NCBI GenBank assembly: GCA_049586675.1
Contig: JBAVCL010000007.1
Coordinates: forward strand, 14,573-78,572
DNA from: Dehalococcoidia bacterium
Lineage (GTDB): Bacteria > Chloroflexota > Dehalococcoidia > GIF9 > AB-539-J10
Direction: 5' to 3'
Length of the DNA stretch: 64,000 nucleotides
The translations under genes and the position numbers were made by a program. Shown here in pieces: positions 35,633 to 45,700 of the stretch (position 1 is its first letter; each line of letters begins with the position of its first letter). The notes below the pieces were generated by a model that saw nothing but the letters and a program-made list of their open reading frames with translations, had not been told where the DNA came from and searched no databases.

Positions 35633-38092
35633 ATGAGCACAGGATTTGAGAGGTTTTCTGAAGGAGCCCGTAGGGTGCTGACTCGGGCCCAAGAAGAAGC
35701 ACAACGCTTGGGCCACCTTTATATCGATACTGAGCATATCTTGTTGGGGATAGCAGGGGAGGAGTCAGGGATTGCATCCAAAGTTTTGAGTAATTTGGGC
35801 ATCTCGATGAGCAAGATACAGGCAGCTGTAGAATTTGTAATTGGAAAAGGAGAGCATCGAGCTACCAGTGGAGATGTTGACCTTGCTCCTCGGGCGAAAA
35901 GAGCCATCGAGTTTGCTGTGGATGAAGCACGCCGTCTCAATTCCAGCTATATAGGTGTTGAGCACCTTTTGCTTGGATTGCTGCGTGAAAACGAGGGAGT
36001 AGCTTTTAGTGTTTTAGAAAGTTTTGGCATTACCTTAGAGCGAGCACGTGATGAGGTCAATCGAGTTGCCAGACAAGAAGCTGTGCGAGCTCGTAGCACA
36101 GGTCGCGCTGCCACACGCACACCGACCTTGGATCAACTTGGGACTGATTTAACTGCCCTAGCTCGAGCGGATAAACTTGACCCTATTATTGGGCGGCAGA
36201 AGGAGATTGAACGGATAGTTCAAATACTGAGTCGGCGTACTAAGAATAATCCCGCACTTATAGGCGAAGCAGGTGTCGGCAAAACAGCTATTGTTGAAGG
36301 GTTAGCCCAGCGCATAGTAGCCGGAGAGGTTCCTGAGGTATTACAGGGCAAGAGGATAATCTCCCTAGATATAGGTGCTCTAGTGGCGGGAACAAAATAT
36401 CGTGGTGAATTTGAGGAGAGGCTGAAGAGGGTTATTGACGAAGAGAAAGCAGCCGGTAATTGCATCTTATTTATTGATGAAATGCAGACTATTGTGGGTG
36501 CCGGAGCGGCTGAAGGTGCAGTTGATGCCTCTAACCTCCTGAAGCCTTCGTTGTCGCGTGGCGAGATTCAATGTATCGGTGCCACTACTTTGGACGATTA
36601 CCGCAAATATGTGGAGAAAGACCCAGCTTTGGAACGGCGGTTTCAACCTGTCCTGGTAGCCGAACCTACTATGGAAGAAACCTTGGAAATATTGAAGGGC
36701 ATTAAACACAGATATGAAGAATTTCACCAGTTAGATATAAGCGACGAAGCCTTGCAGACAGCAGCTACGCTGGCTACCAGATATATAGCGGACCGCTTTT
36801 TGCCCGATAAGGCTATTGATTTGGTAGATGAAGCTAGTTCTCGAGTACGCATTAAACGGGGTAGCGCCCCCATTGGCTTAGCTGAGGCAAGGCGAGCCTT
36901 GGAAAGTGTCCGCAAGGAAAAAGAATCGGCTATGACGGCTCAACAGTATGACTATTCTGCTGAGTTGCGTGCTCGTGAGCTTCAGCTCACGGAAAAAATC
37001 GAGACTATGAAGAAAGAGTGGCAGGTTAAACAGGAACAGGGCCGACCTGTAGTTACCTCAGAGGATATTGCCGAGGTAGCCAGCATGTGGACGGGCATAC
37101 CTGTGGTAAAGTTGACCATCGATGAAACCAGCCGCCTTCTACAAATGGAGGAGGCTCTACATCGTCGTATCATCGGCCAGGATGAGGCCATAAATACCGT
37201 GGCTAAAGCGGTAAGGAGAGCTCGAGCTGGGTTAAAAGATCCGAGGCGTCCCATCGGTGTGTTCATCTTTTTAGGCCCCACCGGAGTAGGTAAAACGGAA
37301 TTGGTAAGGGCTTTAGCCGAGTTCATGTTTGGCAGCGAAGATGCTTTGGTCAGGCTTGATATGTCGGAGTTTATGGAGCCTCACAATGTAGCTCGCCTGG
37401 TTGGAGCACCACCAGGTTACATTGGTTATGAGGAAGGTGGTCAACTAACTGAGGCAGTAAGGCGGAAGTCCTATTGCGCTATTCTCCTCGATGAAATTGA
37501 AAAGGCGCATTATAATGTATTTAATATCCTGCTCCAGATTTTCGATGATGGTCATTTGACCGATGCTAAAGGGCGAAGGGTTGATTTTCGTAACAGCATC
37601 ATAGTCATGACCAGCAACATTGGTGCCGAGCTTATTAAGCGTCATATGAGCCTCGGTTTTGCTGCCCACATCGAAGGCGAAGGAAAACAGCGGGTGGAGT
37701 ACGAGAAAATGAAGGAACAAGTGCTCGGGGAGATGAAGAAAGGATTTCGGCCTGAATTCCTTAACCGCATTGATGCTACGGTCGTATTCCATGCTCTAAG
37801 CGAAGAGCATATCCGCCAGATTGTGGACCTGATGCTTAACCAGGTTATTGCTTCCCTGCGAGAGAAGAATGTCACTTTGGAAGTAACTGATGGAGCTAGA
37901 GATTTCCTAGGCAAGAAGGGTTATGACCCTGTTTTTGGAGCCCGCCCCTTGCGTCGCACCATTCAGAATTTGGTTGAGGATCCACTCTCCGAAGCTTTGC
38001 TGCGTGGTGAATTCTTGCCCGGAGACACAGTGGTTGTGGATTGTGTTGATGAGAAAATTGTAATGAAACCCTTGGTCAAGGGTGCTGTATAA
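35633..38092 (+). CDS. clpC: ATP-dependent Clp protease ATP-binding subunit ClpC
   Basis: Two Clp_N repeats, Walker A motifs [10 protein letters not shown] and [10 protein letters not shown], and a UVR-like middle domain. 819 aa. Confidence 0.9.
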   Translation: MSTGFERFSEGARRVLTRAQEEAQRLGHLYIDTEHILLGIAGEESGIASKVLSNLGISMSKIQAAVEFVIGKGEHRATSGDVDLAPRAKRAIEFAVDEARRLNSSYIGVEHLLLGLLRENEGVAFSVLESFGITLERARDEVNRVARQEAVRARSTGRAATRTPTLDQLGTDLTALARADKLDPIIGRQKEIERIVQILSRRTKNNPALIGEAGVGKTAIVEGLAQRIVAGEVPEVLQGKRIISLDIGALVAGTKYRGEFEERLKRVIDEEKAAGNCILFIDEMQTIVGAGAAEGAVDASNLLKPSLSRGEIQCIGATTLDDYRKYVEKDPALERRFQPVLVAEPTMEETLEILKGIKHRYEEFHQLDISDEALQTAATLATRYIADRFLPDKAIDLVDEASSRVRIKRGSAPIGLAEARRALESVRKEKESAMTAQQYDYSAELRARELQLTEKIETMKKEWQVKQEQGRPVVTSEDIAEVASMWTGIPVVKLTIDETSRLLQMEEALHRRIIGQDEAINTVAKAVRRARAGLKDPRRPIGVFIFLGPTGVGKTELVRALAEFMFGSEDALVRLDMSEFMEPHNVARLVGAPPGYIGYEEGGQLTEAVRRKSYCAILLDEIEKAHYNVFNILLQIFDDGHLTDAKGRRVDFRNSIIVMTSNIGAELIKRHMSLGFAAHIEGEGKQRVEYEKMKEQVLGEMKKGFRPEFLNRIDATVVFHALSEEHIRQIVDLMLNQVIASLREKNVTLEVTDGARDFLGKKGYDPVFGARPLRRTIQNLVEDPLSEALLRGEFLPGDTVVVDCVDEKIVMKPLVKGAV

Positions 38093-38094
38093 AT

Positions 38095-38316
38095 ATGGCT
38101 CGAGAAGTAATCGAAGCGCCACTACCTGGGAAAATAGTGCGTGTTGAGGTAACCGTGGGTAATACAGTTGAGGAAGGCGGCGTGATCTGCATTATAGAAG
38201 CTATGAAGATGGAAAATCCTATATTATCTCCAGTAAAAGCCTCAGTTATAGAGGTGGCAGTTTCACCGGGGCAGGTGGTTAAAACCGGACAAAAGCTAGC
38301 CGTTATCGAGTATTAG
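38095..38316 (+). CDS. stand-alone biotinyl/lipoyl carrier domain protein (BCCP-like)
   Basis: 73 aa with the biotinylation motif EAMKMEN. Starts 3 nt after the clpC stop. Confidence 0.8.
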   Translation: MAREVIEAPLPGKIVRVEVTVGNTVEEGGVICIIEAMKMENPILSPVKASVIEVAVSPGQVVKTGQKLAVIEY

Positions 38317-38334
38317 GTATCTTAGCCAGCGGAC

Positions 38335-39780
38335 TTGAAATCTAGTAATCATGGCAAATTAAAATCCAAAAGCGTCTTCATTTGTCAGCAATGTGGCAAG
38401 GAAAGTCCCAAGTGGTTAGGACACTGCCCTGACTGTCAGGCCTGGAATAGCTTTGTAGAAACTAAGGTCACTTTATCCCGTGCTCCCAGCCAGCTTTCCT
38501 CTAGAGGAAGTAGACCCCAAGAACTTTCCCAAGTGGAGAAGGGTGACTTCCCTCGCCTTCACGTTGGTTTTGCTGAAGTAAATCGAGTTCTGGGAGGCGG
38601 ATTGGTTCCGGGGTCTCTGGTGCTTGTTGGTGGTGAGCCAGGAATCGGCAAGTCCACGCTTTTACTCCAGATTTCGGCCATGATGGCTGAGAATAACAAA
38701 GTTATCGCCTATATTTCCGGTGAAGAATCTATTAATCAGGTTAAACTTAGAAGTGAGCGCCTCGGTATAGGTGGCAAAGGGATCCACTTCCTCTCAGAAA
38801 CTGATCTGTCCGCAGTTCTGGAATGCCTAGAAGAGCTTTCCCCCGGCTTGGCAGTTATTGATTCTATCCAGACCATGTATCTAGAAGAGGTGGCAGGCAC
38901 ACCGGGCAGCATTTCTCAGGTACGGGAATGCACCTGGAGCTTGCAGAGGTGGGCGAAGCAGTGTAATGTGCCTCTTTTGATAACGGGGCATGTAACTAAA
39001 GAAGGGGCCATCGCAGGTCCGGGAACGCTGGAACATATCGTCGATGTAGTGCTCTACTTCGAGGGTGAACCATTCAGCAGTTACCGAGTGCTGCGCAGTG
39101 TAAAGAATCGCTTCGGTTCCACTCACGAGGTGGGAATATTTGAGATGGGCGATAGGGGACTAATAGAAGTAGATAATCCTTCTCAGGTTTTCTTGTCGGC
39201 ATATAAGGATGGAACGATTGGCTCAGTGGCGGTGCCCACCCTTGAAGGAAGCCGCCCTTTGTTAGTGGAGATTCAGGCTTTGACCACCCCTAATACCTTT
39301 GTGCCACCAAGGCGCATCGCCAATGGCGTTGATTTTAATCGGCTGCTGTTAATAATCGCTGTGCTCACTAAGCGTGCTGGATTAAAGCTTTTCAACCAGG
39401 ATATTATAGTCAACGTTACTGGTGGCTTAAGGGTCAGCGAGCCCGCGGTTGATTTAGGAATTGCCGCAGCCATTGCTTCCAGTTTTCATGATAGGAAGCC
39501 GACTTCAAACTTGGTTGTTTTGGGAGAGGTGGGCTTGAATGGGGAGCTTAGAGGGGTGCCACAGATAGAGAGAAGAATTGCCGAGGCCGTCAGATTGGGT
39601 TTCAAATCCTGCCTTATGCCGAGACTTTCCCCTACCATTGTGAACGAAGTGAAGCAATCTCTCCACTCTGCGGACATTCAACTAATTGAGGTTGGATCGG
39701 TGGCTGAAGCTCTGAGGCTGGGACTGACAAGGGAAGGTAAGATGCAAAGTGCCAAGGGCGAAAATACAGGGCAAGAATAA
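38335..39780 (+). CDS. radA: DNA repair protein RadA/Sms
   Basis: Zinc finger CQQCG...CPDCQAWNSF, Walker A GEPGIGKST, the KNRFG motif and a Lon-like C-terminal domain. TTG start is uncertain. Confidence 0.9.
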   Translation: MKSSNHGKLKSKSVFICQQCGKESPKWLGHCPDCQAWNSFVETKVTLSRAPSQLSSRGSRPQELSQVEKGDFPRLHVGFAEVNRVLGGGLVPGSLVLVGGEPGIGKSTLLLQISAMMAENNKVIAYISGEESINQVKLRSERLGIGGKGIHFLSETDLSAVLECLEELSPGLAVIDSIQTMYLEEVAGTPGSISQVRECTWSLQRWAKQCNVPLLITGHVTKEGAIAGPGTLEHIVDVVLYFEGEPFSSYRVLRSVKNRFGSTHEVGIFEMGDRGLIEVDNPSQVFLSAYKDGTIGSVAVPTLEGSRPLLVEIQALTTPNTFVPPRRIANGVDFNRLLLIIAVLTKRAGLKLFNQDIIVNVTGGLRVSEPAVDLGIAAAIASSFHDRKPTSNLVVLGEVGLNGELRGVPQIERRIAEAVRLGFKSCLMPRLSPTIVNEVKQSLHSADIQLIEVGSVAEALRLGLTREGKMQSAKGENTGQE

Positions 39781-39843
39781 AAGATTTTTGTATTTTGATT
39801 TGTCATTTTAATTTTTTACTTTTCAGGAGTAGGGTTTAGAGAT

Positions 39844-40524
39844 TTGAATTTAGGATTTAGCAAATTAGGCGTGGTCATAGTCGCTGCTGGAACTAGCCAG
39901 CGGATGGCGGGTATAAACAAGCTCTTTACTCCTCTAAGGGGAAAACCTTTGCTGGCTTGGTCTGTGGACACTTGTCAGGGATACAGCTTGATTCAGCAGA
40001 TAGTCTTGGTATTGAATGATAAAGATTTAGCTCGGGGGTGGAAACTGAAAGTGGAGAGGGGCTGGTCTAAAGTTACTTTATGCCCTGGTGGCGCATGGCG
40101 ACAGGATTCGGTGAGGGAAGGGTTAAGACGAATAAGGGATTGTGATTGGGTCATGATTCATGATGGAGCGCGGCCTTTCTTGACTCTAAATTTGATTGAG
40201 GATGGCCTGAAGATAGTCGAGGATGTTGGGGCTGCTGTAGCGGCAGTGCCAGTTAAAGATACTATCAAGCTTGCTGATTATGGGAGATTGATTGAGGAAA
40301 CGCTTCAGCGCGATAAGTTATGGGCGGCGCAAACCCCGCAGGTATTCAGCTTTGATATAATAACCAAGGCTTATGAGAATCTCGCCACAGAGGTTACCGA
40401 TGATGCCACTGCTGTGGAACACCTGGGATATAAGGTGAAACTCTATATGGGCGATTATAAAAACATAAAGGTAACCACACCCGAAGATTTGGCATTAGCA
40501 CGTATCATCGCCAAAAGTATCTGA
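39844..40524 (+). CDS. ispD: 2-C-methyl-D-erythritol 4-phosphate cytidylyltransferase
   Basis: VIVAAGTSQRM, GGAWRQDSV, HDGARPF, TPQVF and NIKVTTPEDL motifs. The exact TTG start is uncertain. Confidence 0.85.
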   Translation: MNLGFSKLGVVIVAAGTSQRMAGINKLFTPLRGKPLLAWSVDTCQGYSLIQQIVLVLNDKDLARGWKLKVERGWSKVTLCPGGAWRQDSVREGLRRIRDCDWVMIHDGARPFLTLNLIEDGLKIVEDVGAAVAAVPVKDTIKLADYGRLIEETLQRDKLWAAQTPQVFSFDIITKAYENLATEVTDDATAVEHLGYKVKLYMGDYKNIKVTTPEDLALARIIAKSI

Positions 40525-40787
40525 ATCCTGCCTAGGTCGGTATTATAGGCAACTACATAAATCCAACACCGCACACTTCTATCCGAATTGATACCGTCAC
40601 TCAGGGTCATCTCAAAGGTGGTGGCTAGCGTGGCTCCGAGAAGTACTGCGCGACTCGTCAGCCGGTATCAGGAATAAAAATGCATCGTGTCGATGCCTGC
40701 GCAGAATGCCTTTACCCCAGCGCCTATGCTGGTGGTTACCTTTGTCCTCTAGTAGGATGTTAAGTCTCTACTGTGTCGCATTTATGT

Positions 40788-42515
40788 CTAAGGCTCTCGC
40801 ATTATTTTCGCTTTAGCGAGAAACTCGCCCAACTTCTTACGGATAGCCACTTTATCAAATTTACCTACGCTGGTCTTAGGTATATCGTCACAAAAGACTA
40901 TATAGTCGGGTAACATCCACTTCGCTATCTTTCCTTTAGAAACGCCCTCCTTTTCCAGGAACTCGTAGATGTCCTCTTCTGTCACCTTAGCGCCGGGAAC
41001 AAGCTTAATAATAGCCATCGGTCGCTCGCCCATCTTCCCCTCTGGCACCCCCACAAACGTTGCCTCTAGGACATGCTTTGAACTCGCCACGATGTTTTCA
41101 AGCAGTACGGTGGGAATTATTTCCGAACCGCTTCTGATCACATCGGTTTTCTTGTCAGCGACGATGATATAACCATCTTCGTCTACTTTTGCTATGTCAC
41201 CAGTATGAAACCAGCCGTCCTGCCAAGCATTGGCAGTCTTCTCGGGATCCTTGAAATACCGCTCCATAATCCATGACCCTCTCAGCACTATCTCCCCCAG
41301 GGTCATATTATTATTGGGCACAGGTTTACCATCCTTGCCGATAACCTGTGCTTCAATTCCTAGTGCGGGCAACCCTGTTTTGACCAGAGCCTCAGCGAGT
41401 TTCTTTTTGGACCAATCAACCATGTGCCGCTTGGCAACTGCTTGAATGGATAAGCCAGCAGTCTCTGTCATCCCATAGCCCGAAGAAATCTTGGCATTTG
41501 GGAATAGTTTTTCCGCCTTAGCTTCTAATCCCAATGGTAAGGCACCTCCCACCACGCCGATGGCTAAAAGGCTGCTCAAGTCATGTTTCTTGGTATCCTT
41601 ATATTCAACAAGCGCAGCCAGCATGGTGGGCACAAGCACTGTGGAGGTAACTTTTTCTGTCTCAACTAACTCACAAAAGTTTTGAGGAGTAAACCTTCTC
41701 GGAAGCACTATTCTGCTGGCGGCGAGAACATGGTACCACGGTGTTCCCCAAGCATGGATATGGAAAAGGGGCAAATTGACCAGCGGTACGCGAATCGCTG
41801 GAACCTCAGGCACATCCCATGGTATAGGGTTCAACTGCACTCCGGCTATAGGATGAATGGCCTGAAGATAGAGTTGTCTATGGGTGAACATAATCCCTTT
41901 GGGGGCTCCGGTCGTGTCTGTGGTGTAATAAAGCGCAGCATAAGTGTGTTCGTTCAGATATGGCCAATCATATTCTTCAGGTTGCCCCTTTATCAGTTCT
42001 TCATATTCATAAAGAGGCTCTATTCTTGTCTGAGGTTTACCAGGACGATCTGACATGTAAACAAATGCCTTAACTGTGGACTTTATCTGGTCATATATGG
42101 CCTCAAGTATAGGCATGATGACATCGTCCACAAATATAACCTTATCCTCGGCGTGCTTTATTATGTATGCAATATCATCCAGCGATAGCTCTATGTCGAT
42201 GGGATGTGAAATAGCCCCAATGCAGGTGGGGGCATAGCACAGCTCCAGATGGCGGTGATGGTTAAGAGCCATGGTAGCCACACGGTCACCAGGCTCTCCT
42301 GGTTTTCCTGGTTTTACACCTAGCTTCTCGAGGGCATGAGCAAGCTGACAGGTGCGTCTATACCACTGACGCCAGGTGAAACGGTAATACTTTCCAGCAT
42401 CGTTACGGTAAACAACCGCAACGTCGTCTGGGTACAAGTTAAGCGTTCTTTTCATTAAGTGCCTTAACAACAGTGGATATCGTGTGCTGTACTCTGGGTG
42501 TGTCTTGACTTCCAT
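40788..42515 (-). CDS. AMP-forming acyl-CoA synthetase/ligase
   Basis: 575 aa with the AMP-binding motif YTTDTTGAPKGIMFTH, plus GYGMTE and WFHTGD motifs. Confidence 0.85.
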   Translation of the reverse strand: MEVKTHPEYSTRYPLLLRHLMKRTLNLYPDDVAVVYRNDAGKYYRFTWRQWYRRTCQLAHALEKLGVKPGKPGEPGDRVATMALNHHRHLELCYAPTCIGAISHPIDIELSLDDIAYIIKHAEDKVIFVDDVIMPILEAIYDQIKSTVKAFVYMSDRPGKPQTRIEPLYEYEELIKGQPEEYDWPYLNEHTYAALYYTTDTTGAPKGIMFTHRQLYLQAIHPIAGVQLNPIPWDVPEVPAIRVPLVNLPLFHIHAWGTPWYHVLAASRIVLPRRFTPQNFCELVETEKVTSTVLVPTMLAALVEYKDTKKHDLSSLLAIGVVGGALPLGLEAKAEKLFPNAKISSGYGMTETAGLSIQAVAKRHMVDWSKKKLAEALVKTGLPALGIEAQVIGKDGKPVPNNNMTLGEIVLRGSWIMERYFKDPEKTANAWQDGWFHTGDIAKVDEDGYIIVADKKTDVIRSGSEIIPTVLLENIVASSKHVLEATFVGVPEGKMGERPMAIIKLVPGAKVTEEDIYEFLEKEGVSKGKIAKWMLPDYIVFCDDIPKTSVGKFDKVAIRKKLGEFLAKAKIMREP

Positions 42516-42737
42516 CTAGCTTGCCCTCCTCTCAGAATTTGGTTTCCCTACCTGGCTGAAGATTTCCTCGCTCCGCCTATTCGTCCAACGTGGGTTCCAA
42601 TAAGTTAGCTGGCAGCTCTTTAGGAAAACCAAGAAATAAATCTAGTATGATTCGCCAGCCATCCTAGACTTCGCCCTGAAATCGCGCAAGCAGTTTATCA
42701 TTGTCCTCCCTACTTGTCAATATTGGGTGCTGGCTGA

Positions 42738-42833
42738 TCACATAGGTAACACTGGACTACGGATTTTAGTAAGTTCCTTTTCAATATACTCTATAGGATC
42801 AAGATAGCCAAGAGATTGGTCTGGACGGTTGAA
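42738..42833 (-). mobile_element. C-terminal remnant of a DDE (rve-type) transposase
   Basis: 31 codons FNRPDQSLGYLDPIEYIEKELTKIRSPVLPM then a stop, immediately preceded by TAA. This resembles the YNxxRPHxSLGYLTPxEY tail of IS3/IS481-type transposases. Confidence 0.4.
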
Positions 42834-43076
42834 TTATACTCAGTAAGTCAATAGGTTCAGTTCACACTTCTGTGTTAGTGTGCAACTACGTAACATTTCA
42901 GGCATTTGTTGATTGTGACAACTTAACTCCGTTTCTTTTGCCAAAGACGCCGGATTTATGATGACAGCGCTCGCATTAATACAACACGCAGTTGAGGGTT
43001 CATATCGAGTCCCGAAAACCGCTGCATACAACTGCGTTAGGGTTGACACCCCTCGCAACTATTGTCCATAGGCTGC

Positions 43077-43778
43077 TCAGTGTTTCGTCATGCCCAAAAC
43101 TCGGAGGAAGTACCTCTTATCGGTGAAATCCGGCTGGACGTGAGTGACGCCCGCCAGTCTCAACTTCTGTGCCTGTTCGCCACTGCCTAATCCCACAAAA
43201 CCGTAGCCCAGTTTCCTCGCATTTAAGAAGTCCCTAACGTGGTCTGCGACATACACTACTTGGCTAAACGCTGGGCAGTTCTTGTGAACTCGTGCACGTT
43301 CTTCTGCCAGTAACATGATCGATTCACGTTCATGAGAATCATCTGATGACGCGAGAGGAATGTCTCCAGCGGAGATGCCAGCCAACCTGAGCTTCAGTAA
43401 TGCTGCATCTCGCCAGCCTCCCGTAGCTACGCATACGCAGACGCCCTCCATCGAACGCAAGTCAGCAATCAATTCTGAAGCCCCTGGAGTAGCCTGAAAA
43501 CTGGAGGGGGGTTTTTCGGTTTCATGGCGGAGTCTTACTAGTCACAATTGACGTATCATTAGTATGTCACGCTCTTCGGCCTTTCTAGATAGATTCCTCT
43601 CGATTATCTCAGAGGCGATGCCTGAGTCAGTTACATGCAAGTAATGTGACCAATCGGTGTCAATATTGTCGACCCCGAGTACTTCTTTCACTGCTTCAGA
43701 AAAACAAACGACGTCAATTCCGTTCCCTATGACTAGGGTATCATCAACATCTAACATTACGAGATGAATGGGTTTCAT
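43077..43778 (-). pseudogene. HAD-superfamily hydrolase interrupted by a single in-frame TGA
   Basis: The track ORFs 43542-43778 (motif I LDVDDTL) and 43077-43472 (motif II VATGG, motif IV-like VADHVRD) are in the same frame. They are joined by 23 open codons after the TGA at 43542-43544. Confidence 0.7.
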
Positions 43779-44025
43779 AACCAGAAATCATTTTTGCGGC
43801 CGTAGATAATGAATGAGCCACCTATCTCGTTTGCCACTTTTGCCTCAGACTGCTGAACGACACTCTCTACAGTGCCGGAAGCGATGTCTTTCTATATCAT
43901 CTTACAGCTAATTCAGCGTCTATCCTTCGTGAATGTGCTTCGCAACTATCATAGAATTTTCGTGATAATTTGGTCTCTCCAAAGGGCGAGTGCATTTTAC
44001 CGTATGTTGTGGGTTCATCTTCCTA

Positions 44026-44826
44026 TTAGTGCTGTTTTTTGCTTGATTCCGAAGTCGCTGATGTCCTAGCAATTATGGCGGCGCCCAGAGCGGTAATAAG
44101 CTGGGGGTGGGGTGATACCAGGAGGTTGGTGTTCAATTCGTTTTCTATGGTCTTGACGAGAGCGGTGTTGAGGGTGCCGCCGCCACAGATGGCGCAGGGC
44201 TCCTCCAGCTTAAGCTTCTTGACCAGTGAGGAAATCTTGCTTGCCAGGGCTTTGTTAGCACCAGCGGCGATGTCCTCTTTTGGGGTGCCTTCGCTTATTC
44301 TGGTGATGGCTTCGGACTCGCCGAAGACAGCACAACCTGTACTAAATGTGATGGGGCTCTTTGACTGGGCTGCAAGCGGGCCGAAATCGCTCAAATTTAT
44401 GCGCAGCACGTTGGCGATGACCTCAATAAAGCGGCCACCGCCGGCGGCACATTTCTCACTGACAGTGAAGTTGGTCACAATTCCCTCCTCATTTAGCCGT
44501 ATTACCCTGGTGGATTGACTGGCTACATCGATTACAGTCCTGACTTGCGGGAAGACGTTGTTTATGCCTCGGGCAGTGCAGACTATATCGCTTGCTTTCT
44601 GGCTAGCAAAATAGACATTGTCGGCACCGGAACCGGTGGCGACTGTATTGGCTATGTCATCCTGAGTCAGGTTGACCTGTTTTATTAACTCCGTCCTTAT
44701 GGCCTCGGCAGATGTTCGGTAATTTGCCCCGGATATGATTATATGTGAAGCAACAAGCTGGAAGTCTTTAATTATGACTCCTTTGCCGTATGCCGAGCCT
44801 ATGTCAATGCCCATAAACCAGCTCAT
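44026..44826 (-). CDS. BcrA/BcrD/HgdC-family ATPase (activase-type), subunit 2
   Basis: Acetate/sugar-kinase-fold N-terminus GIDIGSAYGKGV. Two cluster cysteines in SEKCAAGGGRFIE and FSTGCAVFGESE. 4-nt overlap with the upstream paralogue. Confidence 0.8.
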   Translation of the reverse strand: MSWFMGIDIGSAYGKGVIIKDFQLVASHIIISGANYRTSAEAIRTELIKQVNLTQDDIANTVATGSGADNVYFASQKASDIVCTARGINNVFPQVRTVIDVASQSTRVIRLNEEGIVTNFTVSEKCAAGGGRFIEVIANVLRINLSDFGPLAAQSKSPITFSTGCAVFGESEAITRISEGTPKEDIAAGANKALASKISSLVKKLKLEEPCAICGGGTLNTALVKTIENELNTNLLVSPHPQLITALGAAIIARTSATSESSKKQH

Positions 44827-45677
44827 CGGTGCTCCTGATTGAAGAAGGTGGCTTTTCCTAACCGCCGTGGCTTTGTGGGCAAGCCCTCACCTGTTGCCAC
44901 TGCTTTCATATAGGTTTCCTTTGCCAGGATGGCAGCGCCCAGCGCCCCGGTGAGCAGTGGCTCTTCAGGGACGAGGATTTCGCAGCCCAGGTTTTCTTTC
45001 ATGGCCCTAACTATGCCGATGTTCTTGGCGACGCCGCCGGTGAGCACTAAATCAGGCTCTATCCCAAGCCGCCGTGCCAGTGCCGCTACGCGGCTGGCCA
45101 AGGCGTCGTAAAGTCCGGCTAGGATGTTTTCCAGCTTTTCCCCGCGGGAGAGGAGTGCTACCACTTCTTGCTGGGCGAAGATAGTACACAGATTGCTTAT
45201 CTGGATTTTTTTGGTGGCTTTCATGGAAATGTCTCCCATGTCTTCCAGCTTGATACCAAGTGTAGCCGCAGTCACTTCCAGAAACCTGCCAGTTCCAGCG
45301 GCGCACTTGTCGTTCATAACGAAGTTGGTCAGCCTGCCGTTATCAATTTTCATACACTTGGCATCCTGGCCACCTATATCAATGGCAGTCCGGACATTGG
45401 GGAAAAGGCTGGAGACGCCTCGGGCGTGGCAGGAAAGCTCTGTTATCTGGCGGTCGGCGAAAGGGACGTTGAGACGTCCATAGCCTGTGGCTACGATATA
45501 GGAGATGTCGTCAATCTGCAGGCTGGCTTGCTCCAATGCCTGTCGCATAACCTCGTTGGCAAGCTGGCGATACTCCGGACCAGTAGGGCCCTTGATGGAC
45601 GAAAGTAAATCGCTGCTCTTGTCCATGAGCACGACCTTGGTCATGGTGGAACCTATGTCAACACCGGCGAAGTACAA
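44823..45677 (-). CDS. BcrA/BcrD/HgdC-family ATPase (activase-type), subunit 1
   Basis: GVDIGSTMTKVV. Cluster cysteines in NDKCAAGTGRFLE and ISNLCTIFAQQE. 284 aa. Confidence 0.8.
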   Translation of the reverse strand: MYFAGVDIGSTMTKVVLMDKSSDLLSSIKGPTGPEYRQLANEVMRQALEQASLQIDDISYIVATGYGRLNVPFADRQITELSCHARGVSSLFPNVRTAIDIGGQDAKCMKIDNGRLTNFVMNDKCAAGTGRFLEVTAATLGIKLEDMGDISMKATKKIQISNLCTIFAQQEVVALLSRGEKLENILAGLYDALASRVAALARRLGIEPDLVLTGGVAKNIGIVRAMKENLGCEILVPEEPLLTGALGAAILAKETYMKAVATGEGLPTKPRRLGKATFFNQEHR

Positions 45678-45700
45678 GTAGACCTCCTGGTGGGTTGCTA

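Noticed and set aside
7875-38092. Inteins or group I/II introns in the large housekeeping genes (ileS, uvrB, leuS, clpC, radA, rho, pyrG, gatB).
   Set aside because: All have the lengths expected for uninterrupted orthologues and contiguous motifs. I saw no Hint-type or LAGLIDADG-type blocks.
42840-43058. 72-aa minus-strand ORF in the 42516-43076 spacer, considered as the missing body of the transposase.
   Set aside because: I recognised no DDE or HTH motif, it is not in frame with the transposase tail, and it has no ribosome-binding site. It is probably non-coding debris.
43542-43544. TGA recoding (Sec, Trp or Gly) as the explanation for the in-frame TGA in the HAD gene.
   Set aside because: TGA terminates well-conserved genes in this window at the expected positions (purB at 1376-1378, leuS at 31220-31222). 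I saw no SECIS-like stem-loop right after the codon. A nonsense mutation or a sequencing error is more parsimonious.
44929-45608. Several overlapping alternative-frame ORFs (60-146 aa) inside the two activase ATPase genes, and similar ones inside clpC, ileS and the dehydratase-like genes.
   Set aside because: These are typical shadow ORFs of GC-richer coding regions. The annotated frames carry the family motifs.
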